Assembly (NCBI GenBank): GCA_965655095.1
Contig: OZ296654.1
Coordinates: 77,748,001-77,812,000, forward strand
DNA length: 64,000 nt
Source of the DNA: Haplodiscus bocki
Lineage: Eukaryota
Direction of reading: 5' to 3'
The notes beneath the pieces are model-generated. The model was not told the origin of the DNA. It did not search any database and was given only the letters and a program-made list of their open reading frames with translations. Of the stretch, positions 63,330-64,000 are shown in pieces; the stretch's first letter is position 1; every line of letters starts with the position of its first letter. A program made the position numbers and the translations under genes.

Positions 63330-63980
63330 GAACGAATTATGATGAAGAGTAAAAAGTTGCAATTACTTATCACAAGACATTTCAATTGTCCTTATCAGCA
63401 AAATTTTTTTCTTAAACAGAAGTTAATGCATCAAAAATTTTTTAAAGTTTACAATTAACAAAGATAGTCCGTTGAAAATTTGGTGCTTCTTCTTCCTTGC
63501 AATGACCGAAACTTGAGCAAAACAACCCTCTGGTTTGTCCACATTTTGTCGCAACAGAGTCACAACAATACGTTTTTTGCTCGGTCCGCAATGTCAACTA
63601 CTTTGTGAGCCAGATCGAATTGTTTTTGCCTATCGTTGGACCTTGTTGGAAAACATACTGGAGACAATTTTTTCTCTCCGCTGAAGTTTTCTCCTGGAAA
63701 AAGAAGCTGACTCTGCCCCATAATTTGTTTGAAATCTGCTCGCTCAATAAAAAACTTTAAGAGTCGCAAATCTTTGATGTCATTTTTTGTGAAAGTTTCG
63801 AATTTTACTTCCCTTGGACGTAAATCCGAAAAATTTTTCGTTGGAATCGTTTTTGGCGTAAGAAAATTTCTAAAATTTTGTTGGTTTTCCCAAATTCACA
63901 TAGATCTTGCAAACTAGCTTGTCCGAGGAAACAGTAGTGCTGTAAGCTGGTAGCTGAGTGAAGTGGTTCAGTTTTGTGAA
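63330..63980 (-). pseudogene. Decayed ORF of unknown function inside the Maverick
   Basis: Frameshifted coding-like run (ADFKQIM...GENFSGEKKLSPV...DLAHKVVDIADRA) on the same strand as the Maverick genes. Confidence 0.4.
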
Positions 63981-64000
63981 TGAAAGTTGCAGAATGACTT

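Larger units (their letters stand above)
54086..64000 (-). mobile_element. Decayed Maverick/Polinton (adintovirus-like endogenous viral element), extends past the right edge
   Basis: AGTAGT terminus at 54086, G-rich stretch and minisatellite, then protease, major capsid, core-like, minor capsid, c-integrase and packaging ATPase remnants, all on the minus strand. Confidence 0.9.

Noticed and set aside
62600-64000. Protein-primed DNA polymerase B of the Maverick
   Set aside because: No polymerase motifs (DxxSLYP, YxDTDS) were recognised in this interval.

Overview
Eukaryotic (animal, AT-rich, repeat-dense) genomic DNA. Positions 712-46861 on the minus strand carry 14 exons of one plakin/spectraplakin-family gene (plectin/dystonin/MACF1/Shot-like). 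By hand these join through GT-AG junctions into one open frame of 11,218 nt (about 3,740 codons): N-terminal leader, CH1-CH2 actin-binding domain, plakin domain (spectrin repeats plus embedded SH3), then a 6.8-kb giant exon. That exon encodes about 14 copies of an unfamiliar beta-rich/helix repeat followed by an acidic disordered tract. The gene probably continues past the left edge. Introns and the upstream region hold decayed mobile DNA: a BEL/Pao LTR element, two CR1/L2-group LINEs, a young 5'-truncated LINE with a (GAA)n tail inserted into a hairpin, hAT elements and a MITE, and about 10 tRNA-like A/B-box cassettes. From 54086 to the right edge lies a decayed Maverick/Polinton (adintovirus-like endogenous virus). 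It has an AGTAGT terminus, a 28-bp subterminal minisatellite, and protease, major capsid, core-like, minor capsid, integrase and packaging ATPase genes, and its ATPase-X-integrase-penton block occurs twice in tandem. All family assignments come from motif recognition by eye; no database searches were run.
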